Part shown: piece after piece, positions 1-12,991 of the stretch | Layout of the letters: the number at the start of each line of letters is the position of its first letter | Numbering within the stretch: the first letter of the stretch is position 1 | NCBI RefSeq assembly: GCF_024223415.1 | Contig: NZ_CP100500.1 | Length of the DNA: 64,000 bases | Strand: one strand, 5' to 3' | DNA from: Escherichia coli | GTDB lineage: Bacteria; Pseudomonadota; Gammaproteobacteria; Enterobacterales; Enterobacteriaceae | Notes under the pieces: generated by a model | Database searches by the model: none | What the model saw: only the letters and a program-made list of their open reading frames with translations | What the model was told of the DNA's origin: nothing | Program-made: the position numbers and the translations under genes

Positions 1-680
1 TCGCCAAACGGCACGTTTTTAAAGACACCCGGTTTGGTGTCTTTCACATGCACCGCGACGATATGCCCCATTCCGGCCTGCAACTCCATCTGCACGTCGT
101 TGTCCCACGCCGACAGGTTGCCGATATCCGGGTAGAGCTGGAACCACGGATTGTTGAGATAGTGCGCGTAGCCCAGCGCCTTGCTGATGGAGTTCATCAG
201 AGGATAATCCATGATCTCCATCGCCAGCGTCACCTGCGCGCGGCTTGCCATCTCAACGCTCTCTTTCAGGCCGTCACGGAAACGACGACGCGTTTCGTTA
301 TTGGCTTCCTGATAATAAACGTCATAGCCCGCCAGCTGGATCACGCGAATACCGACATCCTGGGCGAACTGGATAGCTTTGCGCATAATCTCCAGCCCCT
401 GCGCCCGCACCGCGTCATCTTCGCTACCCAGCGGGAAACGACGATGAGCAGAAAGGCACATTGACGGTACGCGTACGCCGGTTTCAACAATCGCGTTCAC
501 CAGCGCCAGACGCTGCTCGCGGCTCCAGTCGAGGCGCGACAGGCGCTCGTCCGTTTCATCTACCGACATCTCGACAAAATCGAAGCCCAACGTTTTTGCC
601 AGTTGCAGGCGTTCCAGCCAGCACTCCCCGGCGGGGAGCGCTTTTTCATAGATGCCAAGCGGGATTTGTTTGGACAACAT
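1..680 (-). CDS. ulaE: L-ribulose-5-phosphate 3-epimerase UlaE (N-terminal part; C-terminus is beyond window start)
   Basis: Minus-strand reading frame starting at ATG ~680 translates [25 protein letters not shown]..., recognised as UlaE/SgbU; runs off the left edge so absent from ORF track; lies directly downstream of ulaD. Confidence 0.88.
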   Translation of the reverse strand, partial: MLSKQIPLGIYEKALPAGECWLERLQLAKTLGFDFVEMSVDETDERLSRLDWSREQRLALVNAIVETGVRVPSMCLSAHRRFPLGSEDDAVRAQGLEIMRKAIQFAQDVGIRVIQLAGYDVYYQEANNETRRRFRDGLKESVEMASRAQVTLAMEIMDYPLMNSISKALGYAHYLNNPWFQLYPDIGNLSAWDNDVQMELQAGMGHIVAVHVKDTKPGVFKNVPFG

Positions 681-689
681 ATCCGCTCC

Positions 690-1340
690 TTAGCCCCATA
701 GTTCAGCGATGGAACGTTTGAACTGACGTGCGGCTTCCACCGGAGAAGCGGCATCACGGATACTGCGGCCAGCGATAAACACGTGAATCGGAATGCCTTT
801 GAACAGCGGCAGATCTTCCAGCGCCAGGCCACCGGTGACGGTTACTTTAAAGCCCATATCGGAAAGACGTTTGATCGCGGTGATGTCCGCTTCGCCCCAC
901 GCCACGCCTGCGGCCTGTGCGTCACGGCTGCGGTGATAAACCACCTGCTGAATGCCTGCATCGCGCCACTGCTGCGCCTGTTCCCAGGTCCAGTAACCGG
1001 TCAGTTCGATCTGCACGTCGCCGTTAAACTCTTTTGCCACATCCAGCGCGCCTTTGGCGGTGTTGATATCCGCACAGCAAATTACGGTCACCCAGTCAGC
1101 GTTGGCTTCGAAGCACATACGCGAAAGGATTTTGCCTGCATCGGCAATTTTGGCGTCAGCCAGTACGATTTTGTGCGGGTACAGCGCTTTCAGGTCACGA
1201 ACCGCACGCACGCCTTCGCCCACGCACAGAATGGTACCCACTTCGATAATGTCGACTTCTTCGGCAATCAGGCGAGTGGTTTCGTAGGCGCTATCCATAG
1301 TCTGGTTGTCCAGCGCGACTTGCAACATGGGTAATGACAT
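690..1340 (-). CDS. ulaD: 3-keto-L-gulonate-6-phosphate decarboxylase UlaD
   Basis: ORF 690..1493(-) trimmed to internal ATG giving [30 protein letters not shown]..., 216 aa, OMP-decarboxylase-fold KGPDC family. Confidence 0.93.
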   Translation of the reverse strand: MSLPMLQVALDNQTMDSAYETTRLIAEEVDIIEVGTILCVGEGVRAVRDLKALYPHKIVLADAKIADAGKILSRMCFEANADWVTVICCADINTAKGALDVAKEFNGDVQIELTGYWTWEQAQQWRDAGIQQVVYHRSRDAQAAGVAWGEADITAIKRLSDMGFKVTVTGGLALEDLPLFKGIPIHVFIAGRSIRDAASPVEAARQFKRSIAELWG

Positions 1341-1353
1341 CTTCAATTCCTTC

Positions 1354-1818
1354 TTAAGCTGCCGCGTTGGTGCGGTCAATGAGATCCAGTACTTCCTGCT
1401 CGGTACGGCAGGCGCGTAAACGGTCGAAATTCTCTTCATCTTCAAACAGGTTGACGATCTGCATGATGCCCACTTCCTGGTGAGTATTGGCATCGACCGC
1501 CGCCATGGTGATGAGGATATCCACCGGATCGTTGTCGTCGTGGTTAAATTCCAGCGGCTTTTTCAGCGTTACCAGAGAGAAACCTGTTTTCTTAACACCC
1601 TCTTCCGGCCGCCCGTGCGGCATCGCCAGCCCCGGAGCGATAACGAAATAAGGGCCAAACTGTTCCACGCCATCCAGAATCGCCTGGTAATAGCGCGGCT
1701 CGACAACATCCGCCGCCACCAGCAGGTCAACGCCGATTTTCACTGCGTCCTGCCATGTCTCTGCTTCAGCCTGCAGGCGGATGGATTTATTTTCCGCCAG
1801 CGAATCACGTAATTTCAT
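1354..1818 (-). CDS. ulaC: PTS ascorbate-specific EIIA component UlaC
   Basis: ORF 154 aa [27 protein letters not shown]..., EIIA domain with conserved H; ula operon context. Confidence 0.93.
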   Translation of the reverse strand: MKLRDSLAENKSIRLQAEAETWQDAVKIGVDLLVAADVVEPRYYQAILDGVEQFGPYFVIAPGLAMPHGRPEEGVKKTGFSLVTLKKPLEFNHDDNDPVDILITMAAVDANTHQEVGIMQIVNLFEDEENFDRLRACRTEQEVLDLIDRTNAAA

Positions 1819-1827
1819 GGCGCGTCC

Positions 1828-2133
1828 TTACTTCACATCCTGCGGGAAATGCTCTTTGATCACTTCCAGCAGTTTCGGGCCAAAGTCGGCAGGAGAGAGC
1901 ATGTTGCGCACGCCAACCACGTATTTGTTGCCGGTCACGGTGATTTCGCCCGCAATGTGCGTAGAAGCGATGATGATATCCGCGCCACTCAACTCGCTTT
2001 TGTACTCGCCAACCGCGCAGCTGTTTACCGTATGGTCAATGTTTGATTGGGTTAAAAACTGGTCCACTTTCATCTTCATGATCATGGAACTGCCTTGTCC
2101 GTTGCCACACACAGCCAGAATACGTACGGTCAT
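1828..2133 (-). CDS. ulaB: PTS ascorbate-specific EIIB component UlaB
   Basis: ORF 1828..2139(-) trimmed to [16 protein letters not shown] (101 aa); EIIB phospho-cysteine motif CGNG. Confidence 0.9.
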
Positions 2134-2148
2134 AATCAAAACTCCTTA

Positions 2149-3900
<1,752 letters not shown>

Positions 3901-4965
3901 ATGAGTAAAGTGAAAAGTATCACCCGTGAATCCTGGATCCTGAGCACTTTCCCGGAGTGGGGTAGCTGGTTGAATGAAGAAATTGAACAAGAACAGGTCG
4001 CTCCTGGCACATTTGCGATGTGGTGGCTTGGCTGCACCGGGATCTGGCTGAAATCGGAAGGTGGCACCAACGTTTGCGTTGATTTCTGGTGCGGCACTGG
4101 CAAACAAAGTCACGGTAACCCGTTAATGAAACAGGGTCACCAGATGCAGCGTATGGCTGGCGTGAAAAAACTGCAGCCGAACCTGCGCACTACGCCGTTT
4201 GTTCTTGATCCATTTGCTATTCGCCAGATCGACGCCGTCCTGGCGACTCACGATCACAACGATCATATCGACGTTAACGTCGCTGCTGCCGTGATGCAGA
4301 ACTGTGCTGATGACGTACCGTTTATCGGACCGAAAACCTGTGTGGATTTATGGATCGGCTGGGGCGTACCGAAAGAGCGTTGCATCGTGGTTAAACCGGG
4401 CGACGTGGTGAAAGTCAAAGACATTGAAATTCATGCGCTTGATGCTTTCGACCGTACTGCACTGATCACCCTGCCTGCCGATCAAAAAGCGGCTGGCGTA
4501 CTGCCAGATGGCATGGACGATCGCGCGGTGAACTACCTGTTCAAAACGCCTGGCGGCTCCCTGTATCACAGCGGCGACTCCCACTACTCTAACTATTATG
4601 CGAAGCACGGTAACGAACATCAGATCGACGTGGCGTTAGGATCGTACGGCGAAAACCCGCGCGGTATCACCGACAAAATGACCAGCGCCGATATGCTGCG
4701 TATGGGCGAAGCGCTGAATGCGAAAGTAGTGATCCCGTTCCACCACGATATCTGGTCAAACTTCCAGGCCGATCCGCAAGAGATCCGCGTGCTGTGGGAG
4801 ATGAAAAAAGATCGCCTGAAATATGGCTTTAAGCCGTTTATCTGGCAGGTGGGCGGCAAATTTACCTGGCCGCTGGATAAAGACAACTTCGAGTACCACT
4901 ATCCGCGCGGTTTCGATGATTGCTTCACTATTGAACCGGATCTGCCGTTCAAGTCATTCCTGTAA
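3901..4965 (+). CDS. ulaG: L-ascorbate-6-phosphate lactonase UlaG (metallo-beta-lactamase fold)
   Basis: ORF 3895..4965; product [23 protein letters not shown]... with HxHxDH motif ([10 protein letters not shown]); 354 aa from second ATG. Confidence 0.93.
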
Positions 4966-5072
4966 TCTGTCGTTTATACCGGATAGCGTGGAGAAGTTCG
5001 CGCTATCCGGCGTAGTATTTCCTGGCTATTTCAAATATCATCTAAAAAAATCAAATTTTATCGGAATAGCTC

Positions 5073-5828
5073 ATGACTGAAGCACAAAGACATCAAATCC
5101 TCCTGGAAATGCTCGCACAATTGGGCTTTGTGACCGTTGAGAAAGTCGTTGAGCGTCTGGGAATTTCGCCTGCCACTGCGCGACGCGATATCAATAAACT
5201 TGACGAAAGCGGCAAACTGAAAAAAGTGCGCAATGGCGCAGAAGCTATTACCCAACAGCGCCCGCGCTGGACGCCGATGAATCTGCATCAGGCGCAGAAT
5301 CACGATGAAAAAGTACGTATCGCTAAAGCGGCCTCGCAGCTGGTTAATCCGGGCGAAAGCGTAGTCATCAACTGCGGCTCCACCGCGTTTCTGCTTGGGC
5401 GGGAAATGTGTGGCAAGCCAGTGCAAATCATCACTAATTATCTACCGCTGGCAAATTACCTGATCGATCAAGAACATGACAGCGTGATCATTATGGGCGG
5501 ACAGTACAACAAAAGTCAGTCCATCACTTTAAGCCCGCAGGGCAGCGAAAATAGTCTTTATGCCGGGCACTGGATGTTTACCAGCGGCAAAGGACTGACC
5601 GCAGAAGGGTTGTATAAAACCGATATGCTGACGGCAATGGCAGAGCAGAAGATGCTGAGCGTGGTAGGGAAACTGGTGGTACTGGTTGATAGCAGTAAGA
5701 TTGGCGAACGCGCGGGAATGCTTTTTAGCCGTGCCGATCAAATCGATATGCTTATCACCGGCAAAAATGCTAACCCGGAAATCCTGCAACAACTGGAAGC
5801 GCAAGGGGTCAGCATTCTGCGTGTTTAA
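5073..5828 (+). CDS. ulaR: DeoR-family repressor of the ula regulon UlaR
   Basis: ORF 251 aa [43 protein letters not shown] (HTH) plus sugar-phosphate-binding C-domain. Confidence 0.93.
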
Positions 5829-6574
5829 AGATGCTGGCGGAAAAATGTCACGGCAGCATCTAACGCCTCAGGCGTAATGCGGTGACGCACGCCTGGCTGC
5901 CATGAACAGGTTAGCAGTTTATCCCGTCCCGTCTCGCTTAAGGCCTGCTGCAAACGTAGTGATTCATCGGCAGGCACAACGTCATCGTCGAGGCCATGCC
6001 ACAGCAGTAGAGGTCTGTCCCCAAGTTGTTCCAGGTGGTTTGTCGCTTCCCACTCTGCCAGCGGCGCGACAATGTTATTGAATTCATTCTGCTGTGCTGC
6101 CGTTTCAGGTATCAGCGGTGGAAACAGTGAACGGGCGAGTGATGTAAAATAGCCCGATCCCATCATGCTGGCGGTACATCTCACCGTGGGGTGCCGAGCG
6201 GTAATCCCCAGTGCCGTCATCGCGCCCATCGACGCGCCACCGACTGCAAGACGGTCATCAAGCAGCCAGTTTTCTTCGGCTATTGCCGCACGTAAAGTAG
6301 TGAATTCCTGCATACTTTGTAGCAAGATTTGCCAGAATTGATTTAACCGCCGCGCTGCGTCGCCACTAAAACGACTACCGTGATCGGGCGCATCCGGCAT
6401 GATCACCCGCAAACCAGCCTGCGCCAGCGCAACGGCAAAATAGCTATACACCAGACTGGACGAAGTAAAGCCGTGATAAAAAATCACGCACGGTAACGGG
6501 GTATCTTTTTGTCCGACAGGATAAGCATGAAGAACGGGAATATCTGCCAGCTCGCGTGATTCTATTTCAATCAT
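5825..6574 (-). CDS. yjfP: alpha/beta-hydrolase esterase YjfP
   Basis: ORF 249 aa [36 protein letters not shown]..., GxSxG-type motif GGASMGA. Confidence 0.9.
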
Positions 6575-6755
6575 CTGTCTCTCCTTTTTGTCTGGTATGA
6601 CATGAAGAAATCCTTAGCACAAGTTTCTGCTGGCGGTATTAGTTCATAATGTTGAGATGTGGGTTACGCTTTCGTCACGTTTTCATTCGAAAATCGCGTA
6701 CCAGGTAACAATTCGGGAACATTCCCCCAAAGTTAAATTAATAAGGCACTACACT

Positions 6756-7085
6756 ATGGTTAGCAGGAAACGTAATAGCGTTATTTACCGGTTTGCCAGT
6801 TTATTATTGGTGTTGATGTTAAGTGCCTGTAGCGCACTGCAAGGTACGCCACAGCCAGCACCGCCAGTAACGGACCATCCGCAAGAGATTCGCCGCGACC
6901 AGACGCAAGGGTTACAGCGAATAGGTAGCGTAAGCACGATGGTTCGGGGTTCTCCGGATGACGCATTAGCAGAAATCAGAGCGAAAGCTGTCGCTGCAAA
7001 AGCTGATTATTACGTTGTCGTCATGGTGGACGAAACCATCGTGACAGGACAGTGGTATTCACAAGCCATTTTGTACCGTAAATAA
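6756..7085 (+). CDS. bsmA: biofilm stress/motility lipoprotein BsmA (DUF1471)
   Basis: ORF 6657..7085 trimmed to MVSRKRNSVIYRFASLLLVLMLSACS (lipobox LSAC), 109 aa. Confidence 0.85.
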   Translation: MVSRKRNSVIYRFASLLLVLMLSACSALQGTPQPAPPVTDHPQEIRRDQTQGLQRIGSVSTMVRGSPDDALAEIRAKAVAAKADYYVVVMVDETIVTGQWYSQAILYRK

Positions 7086-7233
7086 ATCAGACAACTTACA
7101 TAGTCAGCTTTACATTGCTTTGCGTCCCTATGCGTTTACCTGTGCACAATAAATTACCGGCTGGAAGCCTGGGCGTTTATTACCGCGATGGAATGCCCTG
7201 CAACATGTGGGGAAATGAAAAATGGAGCTGACG

Positions 7234-7509
7234 ATGAAACAATTACTTGCCTCACCCTCGCTGCAATTAGTGACTTATCCTGCGAGCGCCACGGCACAGT
7301 CTGCAGAATTCGCCAGTGCTGACTGCGTGACGGGCCTTAATGAAATAGGTCAGATCTCAGTTAGCAATATTTCAGGGGATCCGCAGGACGTGGAACGTAT
7401 CGTGGCGTTAAAGGCCGATGAACAAGGTGCGTCATGGTACCGCATTATTACCATGTACGAAGACCAGCAGCCTGATAACTGGCGCGTACAGGCGATACTG
7501 TATGCATGA
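7234..7509 (+). CDS. yjfN: DUF1471-family small secreted protein YjfN
   Basis: ORF 7222..7509 trimmed to MKQLLASPSLQLVTYPASA..., 91 aa, C-terminal YdgH/BhsA-like domain. Confidence 0.8.
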   Translation: MKQLLASPSLQLVTYPASATAQSAEFASADCVTGLNEIGQISVSNISGDPQDVERIVALKADEQGASWYRIITMYEDQQPDNWRVQAILYA

Positions 7510-7533
7510 GTGTCATCTACAGCAAATGAACAA

Positions 7534-7568
7534 TGCCGGATGCGGCGCGAGCGCCTTGTCCGGCCTAC
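7534..7568. repeat. REP (repetitive extragenic palindrome) unit between convergent yjfN and aidB
   Basis: tgccggatgcggcgcgagcgccttgtccggcctaca has the GCCGGATG...CCGGC REP signature. Confidence 0.5.
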
Positions 7569-7625
7569 AATTTTCACATATTTCATTGAGTTAATCGAAA
7601 CCAGCGTCGCATCAGTCGTATACGC

Positions 7626-9251
7626 TTACACACACACTCCCCCCGTCGCCCGCAGCAATAAATCATTCTGGATCTGCTCTGACAACCGTACGCCGCCGCG
7701 CGTATCTAACATCACCTGACACCACGCCTGCGCCATTGGCGGAGAGGCATATTTCAACATTTGCGCACCGCAGCCCAGCAGGAATAGCTGATGAGTAATC
7801 TCTCGCCCCAGTTCTTCAGCTGGCTTACGCAGCTGCTGCTGTAAACGACGAACCGCGCGATCAAAATAGCGATCCTGCCCTTTCACTTCCACAAATGCTT
7901 CCGACAATAAGTCGTATACGCCCGCTTGCTTATTGAGAACGCGCAACACATCCAGGCACATAATATTGCCGGAACCTTCCCAAATACTGTTTACCGGCAT
8001 CTCCCGGTAAAGCCGCGGCAGCTCGCTCTCCTCGCAATAACCAATGCCGCCCAGCACCTCCATCGCTTCGGCCACAAACGGCATACCTCGTTTGCAGATC
8101 ACAAATTTTGCCGCAGGCGTAAATAAACGCGCCCACAGGGCTTCTTTGGCATCGGCACGCCGGTCCCACGCTCGCGCAAGACGAAACAGCAACGCCGTTT
8201 GCCCTTCAAGCTGAAGTGCCATGCGACTTAAGACATGACGCATAAGGGGCTGTTGGATCAATGGATTACCAAAAACATGGCGTTGATGTGCATGATAAAT
8301 CGCCAGCGAAAATGCACGGCGCATCATGGCATGGCTACCCAGGGCGCAATCAAAACGCGTCATCCCCCCCATTTTCAGGATCAGACGAATTCCTTCCCCT
8401 TCCTGCCCCAATAACCAGCCAATGGCATCCTGAAACTCCACTTCGCAACTGGCGTTAGAGCGATTACCCAGCTTATCTTTCAGCCGCTCGAGGCGAATCG
8501 CGTTGCGTTGCCCGTCAGGCAAAAAGCGCGGCACAAAAAAGCAGGACAGACCGCCCGCGGTCTGCGCCAGCACCAGATGCGCATCGCTTTGCGGCACCGA
8601 GAAAAACCATTTATGCCCCACCAGCCGATAAGCGCCATCTTCCAAACGCTCTGCACGGGTGGTGTTGCTCATGACATCGGAACCGCCCTGCTTTTCCGTC
8701 ATTCCCATGCCAATCAACAAACCGCGTTTTTGCCCACCTGGCAATAAGTGAGAATCGTAGCGATCGCTCAGCAGCGGCGTGGTCCAGTCCTGAAACGGCG
8801 TGGGTAACATCTGTAACAACAATGGCGTAGCGGCAAAGGTCATGGTTATCGGACATAACGACCCAGCCTCAACCTGTGCGTGCAACATAAAACGCGCCGC
8901 GCGCGCCACAAATGCGCCGGAGCGAGCGTCTTCTTCCCAGGCAAGATTGTGCACCCGATTGGTACATAGCGCCTGCATCAGCAGGTGCCAGGCGGGGTGA
9001 AAACGCACATCGTCCAGACGGCGTCCTTGTGCATCGTAGCGCAATAATTCAGGCGGATTCACATTCGCCAGCCGCCCCAGTTCAAGGGATTCAGCCGTTC
9101 CTAACTGCTGACCAATACTGGCTAGAAAATCGCTATCCCAGCCAGCACCTTCACGCGTTACCGCTTCGCAAAGCGCGCCATCAGACAGGTATAAGTTGCT
9201 GTTATTTAATGGTATAGGTTGATTAAAAACGGTGTGAGTTTGCCAGTGCAC
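7626..9251 (-). CDS. aidB: acyl-CoA dehydrogenase-like adaptive-response protein AidB
   Basis: ORF 7626..9269(-) trimmed to GTG start (VHWQTHTVFNQPIPL), 541 aa; ACAD fold. Confidence 0.92.
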   Translation of the reverse strand: MHWQTHTVFNQPIPLNNSNLYLSDGALCEAVTREGAGWDSDFLASIGQQLGTAESLELGRLANVNPPELLRYDAQGRRLDDVRFHPAWHLLMQALCTNRVHNLAWEEDARSGAFVARAARFMLHAQVEAGSLCPITMTFAATPLLLQMLPTPFQDWTTPLLSDRYDSHLLPGGQKRGLLIGMGMTEKQGGSDVMSNTTRAERLEDGAYRLVGHKWFFSVPQSDAHLVLAQTAGGLSCFFVPRFLPDGQRNAIRLERLKDKLGNRSNASCEVEFQDAIGWLLGQEGEGIRLILKMGGMTRFDCALGSHAMMRRAFSLAIYHAHQRHVFGNPLIQQPLMRHVLSRMALQLEGQTALLFRLARAWDRRADAKEALWARLFTPAAKFVICKRGMPFVAEAMEVLGGIGYCEESELPRLYREMPVNSIWEGSGNIMCLDVLRVLNKQAGVYDLLSEAFVEVKGQDRYFDRAVRRLQQQLRKPAEELGREITHQLFLLGCGAQMLKYASPPMAQAWCQVMLDTRGGVRLSEQIQNDLLLRATGGVCV

Positions 9252-9334
9252 TGTGTCTCCCTCCATCAATGGCAGTCACCATTAGTATGGTCACTGCCAT
9301 GGATTCATGACAGAAAGAGATTGCTAAAACATTC

Positions 9335-10498
9335 TTATCCAGCAATGTAATGCGGAACGAAACGTGAGGTGTCTTTGGTGATCAGCGTGTTATCTTCACG
9401 GATCCCCATTCCGCACGCTTCATCATCGACAATCCAGCTACCGATGAGTGTGTAGCTATCGCCAAATCGCGGCAGAGGTTGAAACGCCTGGTAGATCATC
9501 GGTTCATCGGCGTAATCACCATCAGCGTGGTCAACGACGTTATTCTGACCGTCGAAAATGGTGACGTTTCCGCCTTCGCGCGAGTAGATCGGTTTACGCA
9601 CATAGCTTTCGCCAGCGGCAATCTGCGGTTTTTCACCCTCAAACCAGGATGCAAGAAGGTTAGGATGACCAGGGAAGAAGCGCCAAAGCAGCGGCATTAG
9701 CCCTTTATTACTCAAGATACTTTTCCATAACGGCTCCACCCATTGCTCGCGACGCTTGCGCAGCAGCGGACCGTTATCGTCACGCATCATCCACTCCAGC
9801 GGATACAGCTTAAATGCACGCTGGATGACATTATCATCAAGATCGGTCAGTACGCCGCCGACGCCCAAACCGAGATCTTCAATGTAGATAAACCGCGACT
9901 CCTGCCCTGCCTGCTGGGCGCAGTCCTGCAAGTACAGCACGGTACTCCTGTCTTCATCGGTGTCCTGACAGCAGCAAAAATAAAACGGCTCCCGACTGTA
10001 AAGCTCACTAAAGCGCGAAATCAGGCGTTCCTGAATGGCATTGTACTGATCGGCATCACGCGGAATAATGCCGCTGCGCCGGGCATCCTCTAGCCACAAC
10101 CACTGGAAATAAGCCGACTCATACAACGAGGTCGGCGTATCGGCGTTGTACTCCAGCAGCTTCACCGGCGCATTGCCACACCAGGCAAAATCCATCCGGC
10201 CATACAGCGAAGGATCGCGTGCGCGCCAGCTTTCAACGATCACCTCCCAGTACAACGGCGGGATCGCCAGTTGCGTCAGGATCTCTTCGTCTTTAACCGC
10301 GCGATCCACCACCTCAAGGCACATCTGATGCAGTTCCGCAGTCGGTTTTTCGATCTGCTCTTCAATCTGGCGCAGAGTAAAACGGTAAGCCCGACTCTCA
10401 TCCCAATAGATTTCATTGTCGATGATATGAAAGTCGAAACCGTTGTCAGCGGCGATCTGGTCCAGATCCCGTCGCACAGGAACGTTGTGTCTCAGCAT
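9335..10498 (-). CDS. yjfC: glutathionylspermidine-synthase-like ATP-grasp protein YjfC
   Basis: ORF 9335..10513(-) trimmed to MLRHNVPVRRDLDQIAADNG, 387 aa; last gene of yjfI-yjfC cluster. Confidence 0.88.
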   Translation of the reverse strand: MLRHNVPVRRDLDQIAADNGFDFHIIDNEIYWDESRAYRFTLRQIEEQIEKPTAELHQMCLEVVDRAVKDEEILTQLAIPPLYWEVIVESWRARDPSLYGRMDFAWCGNAPVKLLEYNADTPTSLYESAYFQWLWLEDARRSGIIPRDADQYNAIQERLISRFSELYSREPFYFCCCQDTDEDRSTVLYLQDCAQQAGQESRFIYIEDLGLGVGGVLTDLDDNVIQRAFKLYPLEWMMRDDNGPLLRKRREQWVEPLWKSILSNKGLMPLLWRFFPGHPNLLASWFEGEKPQIAAGESYVRKPIYSREGGNVTIFDGQNNVVDHADGDYADEPMIYQAFQPLPRFGDSYTLIGSWIVDDEACGMGIREDNTLITKDTSRFVPHYIAG

Positions 10499-10500
10499 GG

Positions 10501-11139
10501 TTAGCCTCCCCAATGCCCACGGGCGCTGGAAGAACGACCATAGCCGCCGCGCGAAACGGTCGACGCTTTTCTGGTGGTAAAGCCGCCTGAAGAGTAAGAC
10601 TCTTTTTTGCCAGAACCGGAGCGCCAGGAGTAATCACCAGAAGTGTTGCGCCAGACGGGGCGCGAAGCAAAAGAGGAACCGCCGCTGTTATAAACAAACT
10701 GCTCATCGCGATCTTTACGAATAACCCGGCTTAACAAAAATCCAGAAACGACCGGGATCCAACTCTGTTCAACGTTGTCGTAGTAGCAATTTTCGTACTT
10801 AGACTGACAATTCTGCTGAGTCATATTCTTCGGAACATCGGCATAAAATGCTGCTTTGGCGTTGTTCCAGCCACGCGCGCAAATGTCGGCATTATTACCG
10901 TCATCAATACAATCCTGCACAGTCGAGTAAAACGTTCCGTCGCCGTCGTTATCGACATCGCTACTTTCACTCCATCCTTTGACTATTAAAAAAGCGGCAC
11001 CGCCCATTAGCGCCAACGTTAAGTATTTTTGTGCGTAGCGATTGCGACGCGGTTCAAAAGGATTATTCGGTCTACCAATGCGACTGATCGCTCCGTGACC
11101 AATTTTACTGTTATTTCTTGATTTGCGTTTTCTGGCCAT
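10501..11139 (-). CDS. yjfM: DUF1190 protein YjfM (Gly/Ser/Arg-rich C-terminus)
   Basis: ORF 212 aa MARKRKSRNNSKIGHGAISRIG... with one TM segment and low-complexity tail. Confidence 0.85.
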   Translation of the reverse strand: MARKRKSRNNSKIGHGAISRIGRPNNPFEPRRNRYAQKYLTLALMGGAAFLIVKGWSESSDVDNDGDGTFYSTVQDCIDDGNNADICARGWNNAKAAFYADVPKNMTQQNCQSKYENCYYDNVEQSWIPVVSGFLLSRVIRKDRDEQFVYNSGGSSFASRPVWRNTSGDYSWRSGSGKKESYSSGGFTTRKASTVSRGGYGRSSSARGHWGG

Positions 11140-11148
11140 GATCGTCCA

Positions 11149-11547
11149 TTACCATGTCATACAAGCTGCGTTAAAAATACCGCCAGCCAGCGCGGCGGTT
11201 CCCATAAACATTCCTGCTGCGGTATTGTGATTAATAATTTTTTCGCTTAATGCGGGCATATAAAGTCTGACACCAGCAAAAACGAGTAACTGAATCACCA
11301 GTGCAATCCCGCCCCAGGCGAAATAGTCTGGAATACTCACCGCATTGATTGCCGCACTGGATAAGGGGATCACGTAACCCAACAATGTACCGCTGAACGC
11401 CAGTGACGCTGCGGTATTATTGTTTTTGATTAATTGCCATTCATTGTGCGGTGTAATTTTGGAGTAGATAAACAGAAAAATAATCACCATCGCCACGCCA
11501 ATAAAAAAATAGGCACTAAAGGCAAGAAGTGAATCCAGTATATGCAT
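11149..11547 (-). CDS. yjfL: DUF350 inner-membrane protein YjfL
   Basis: ORF 11149..11628(-) trimmed to MHILDSLLAFSAYFFIGVAMVIIF, 132 aa, 4 predicted TM helices. Confidence 0.8.
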   Translation of the reverse strand: MHILDSLLAFSAYFFIGVAMVIIFLFIYSKITPHNEWQLIKNNNTAASLAFSGTLLGYVIPLSSAAINAVSIPDYFAWGGIALVIQLLVFAGVRLYMPALSEKIINHNTAAGMFMGTAALAGGIFNAACMTW

Positions 11548-11564
11548 TGTATACGTCCTTGTAA

Positions 11565-12224
11565 TTAACCAATAATATGAAGTGATGTCAGCGGGATATC
11601 GACACCCAACGCGCGCGAAAATAACCACTCTGGCTCACCGAGATCGTTAAAAGATTCCTCACCATTTAGCAGCAAATATTCGTAAGTATCTTCGGTCACT
11701 TGCCGCTGGTAGCCCATGGTAAAATTATGGACTTCCCATTTAGCATGATTTTGATTTTCTACTTTTTCCAGCATGTAGACGGGTTCGATATTTCCCGGTT
11801 CTTCGCTGTTAAAAAATCGCTGCCAGCGTTTTTCCTGCCAGTTTAAGGTCATTGCCCCCATCGTTTTGGCGTTGATCGCCTCGCGCCAGTGACTCTCTTT
11901 ACTGATACCGTAGCTCTCTTCATAGACAAAGAGCTTGATATCATCAATGTCATCAATATCTTCGCCGCCGGTGGTATTGATTTGCAGAAACTCATCGCCT
12001 GAAGTGTAGTAGCGGAAAATCTGGCTACCGCCGCCCAGATCGATGTGACTGACAGCGGCTACCGTAAATTCCTCACCCGGCAGCGCAATCAGCAATTCAT
12101 CTTCCAGCAAACGAAACGCTAACGTGTCGAGCGTAAAGCCACTATTGAGATGAAGTCCCAGCGGACCGCGAGCGATAGCAGGCTTATTATCCTTGCCAAA
12201 CAGACGCTGGAAAAAACCAGACAT
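11565..12224 (-). CDS. yjfK: DUF2491 protein YjfK
   Basis: ORF 219 aa MSGFFQRLFGKDNKPAIARGPLGLHLNSGF... Confidence 0.85.
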   Translation of the reverse strand: MSGFFQRLFGKDNKPAIARGPLGLHLNSGFTLDTLAFRLLEDELLIALPGEEFTVAAVSHIDLGGGSQIFRYYTSGDEFLQINTTGGEDIDDIDDIKLFVYEESYGISKESHWREAINAKTMGAMTLNWQEKRWQRFFNSEEPGNIEPVYMLEKVENQNHAKWEVHNFTMGYQRQVTEDTYEYLLLNGEESFNDLGEPEWLFSRALGVDIPLTSLHIIG

Positions 12225-12274
12225 ATTTTATCCTTAAAATAGTTGCCAGCCTTGCAGTGAGGCTGGCAAAAAAA

Positions 12275-12973
12275 TTACTCGCCCTGTTGGCGTTGCAGTC
12301 TTGCTAATACATCCTGGGCGCTACTTTTATTGCTACCGCCAATTCCGGCTTCCGCCAGCTTTTCGTCAAGGTCGCGACCGTCTGCGACTTTCTCCAACTG
12401 TGCGGCAGCATCCAGGCGAGCCTGACGTTCGGCCTGACGCGTTTGCAGGCGTTTTAAGGATTCTGCCGCTGTCGAAACGCTGGAAGATGCGCCAACGGTA
12501 GAGGTTGTTACAGCCTGTTGTGCACGCTGCATGGCTTCAGTGGCTTTAACGACTTCCATTTGCTGCTCAAACTGAGCGATACGCTGCGCTGTCGCTGTAA
12601 CTGCTTTTTCCACGCCATCACGGGAGACTTCCAGATTCGACAACACTTGCTCTTCAGCGGTAATGAGATTCTCAAGGCGCGCGATTTCTTCAGCAACTTC
12701 GTTAATCAACGACGGATTAACGTTCTTGCTTAACGCTTCCAGCGCACGGGCTTCCAGACTGGCTTTGCGCTCACGTAAATCTTTCAGCTTATCGTGACTT
12801 AATTTCACCCGCGCCAGCAGATCAACGCGAGATTTTCCGGCTTTATCGAGTTCAGCTTTAGCGTCACGAATATGCTGTTCCAGCATGCGCACACCCTGGG
12901 TTTCTTCAATGGACTCTTCCGCCTGGGAGATAAACGATTTCCCCAGCGTAAATAAACTTTTTAAAATTCCCAT
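12275..12973 (-). CDS. yjfJ: PspA/IM30-family coiled-coil protein YjfJ
   Basis: ORF 232 aa MGILKSLFTLGKSFISQAEESIEETQGVRMLEQHIRDAKAELDKAGKSR..., heptad-rich like PspA/Vipp1. Confidence 0.88.
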   Translation of the reverse strand: MGILKSLFTLGKSFISQAEESIEETQGVRMLEQHIRDAKAELDKAGKSRVDLLARVKLSHDKLKDLRERKASLEARALEALSKNVNPSLINEVAEEIARLENLITAEEQVLSNLEVSRDGVEKAVTATAQRIAQFEQQMEVVKATEAMQRAQQAVTTSTVGASSSVSTAAESLKRLQTRQAERQARLDAAAQLEKVADGRDLDEKLAEAGIGGSNKSSAQDVLARLQRQQGE

Positions 12974-12991
12974 AAATACCCGTCCTTGTAA

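Noticed and set aside
6657-6755. N-terminal extensions offered by the ORF track for bsmA, and similarly for ulaA, rnr, orn, ampC, frdB, dsbD, aspA, yjeH, yjfL and others
   Set aside because: The longest-ORF starts add residues upstream of the known N-termini and often run into the upstream gene or its terminator. Internal ATG/GTG/TTG starts reproduce the K-12 protein lengths and, where relevant, signal peptides.
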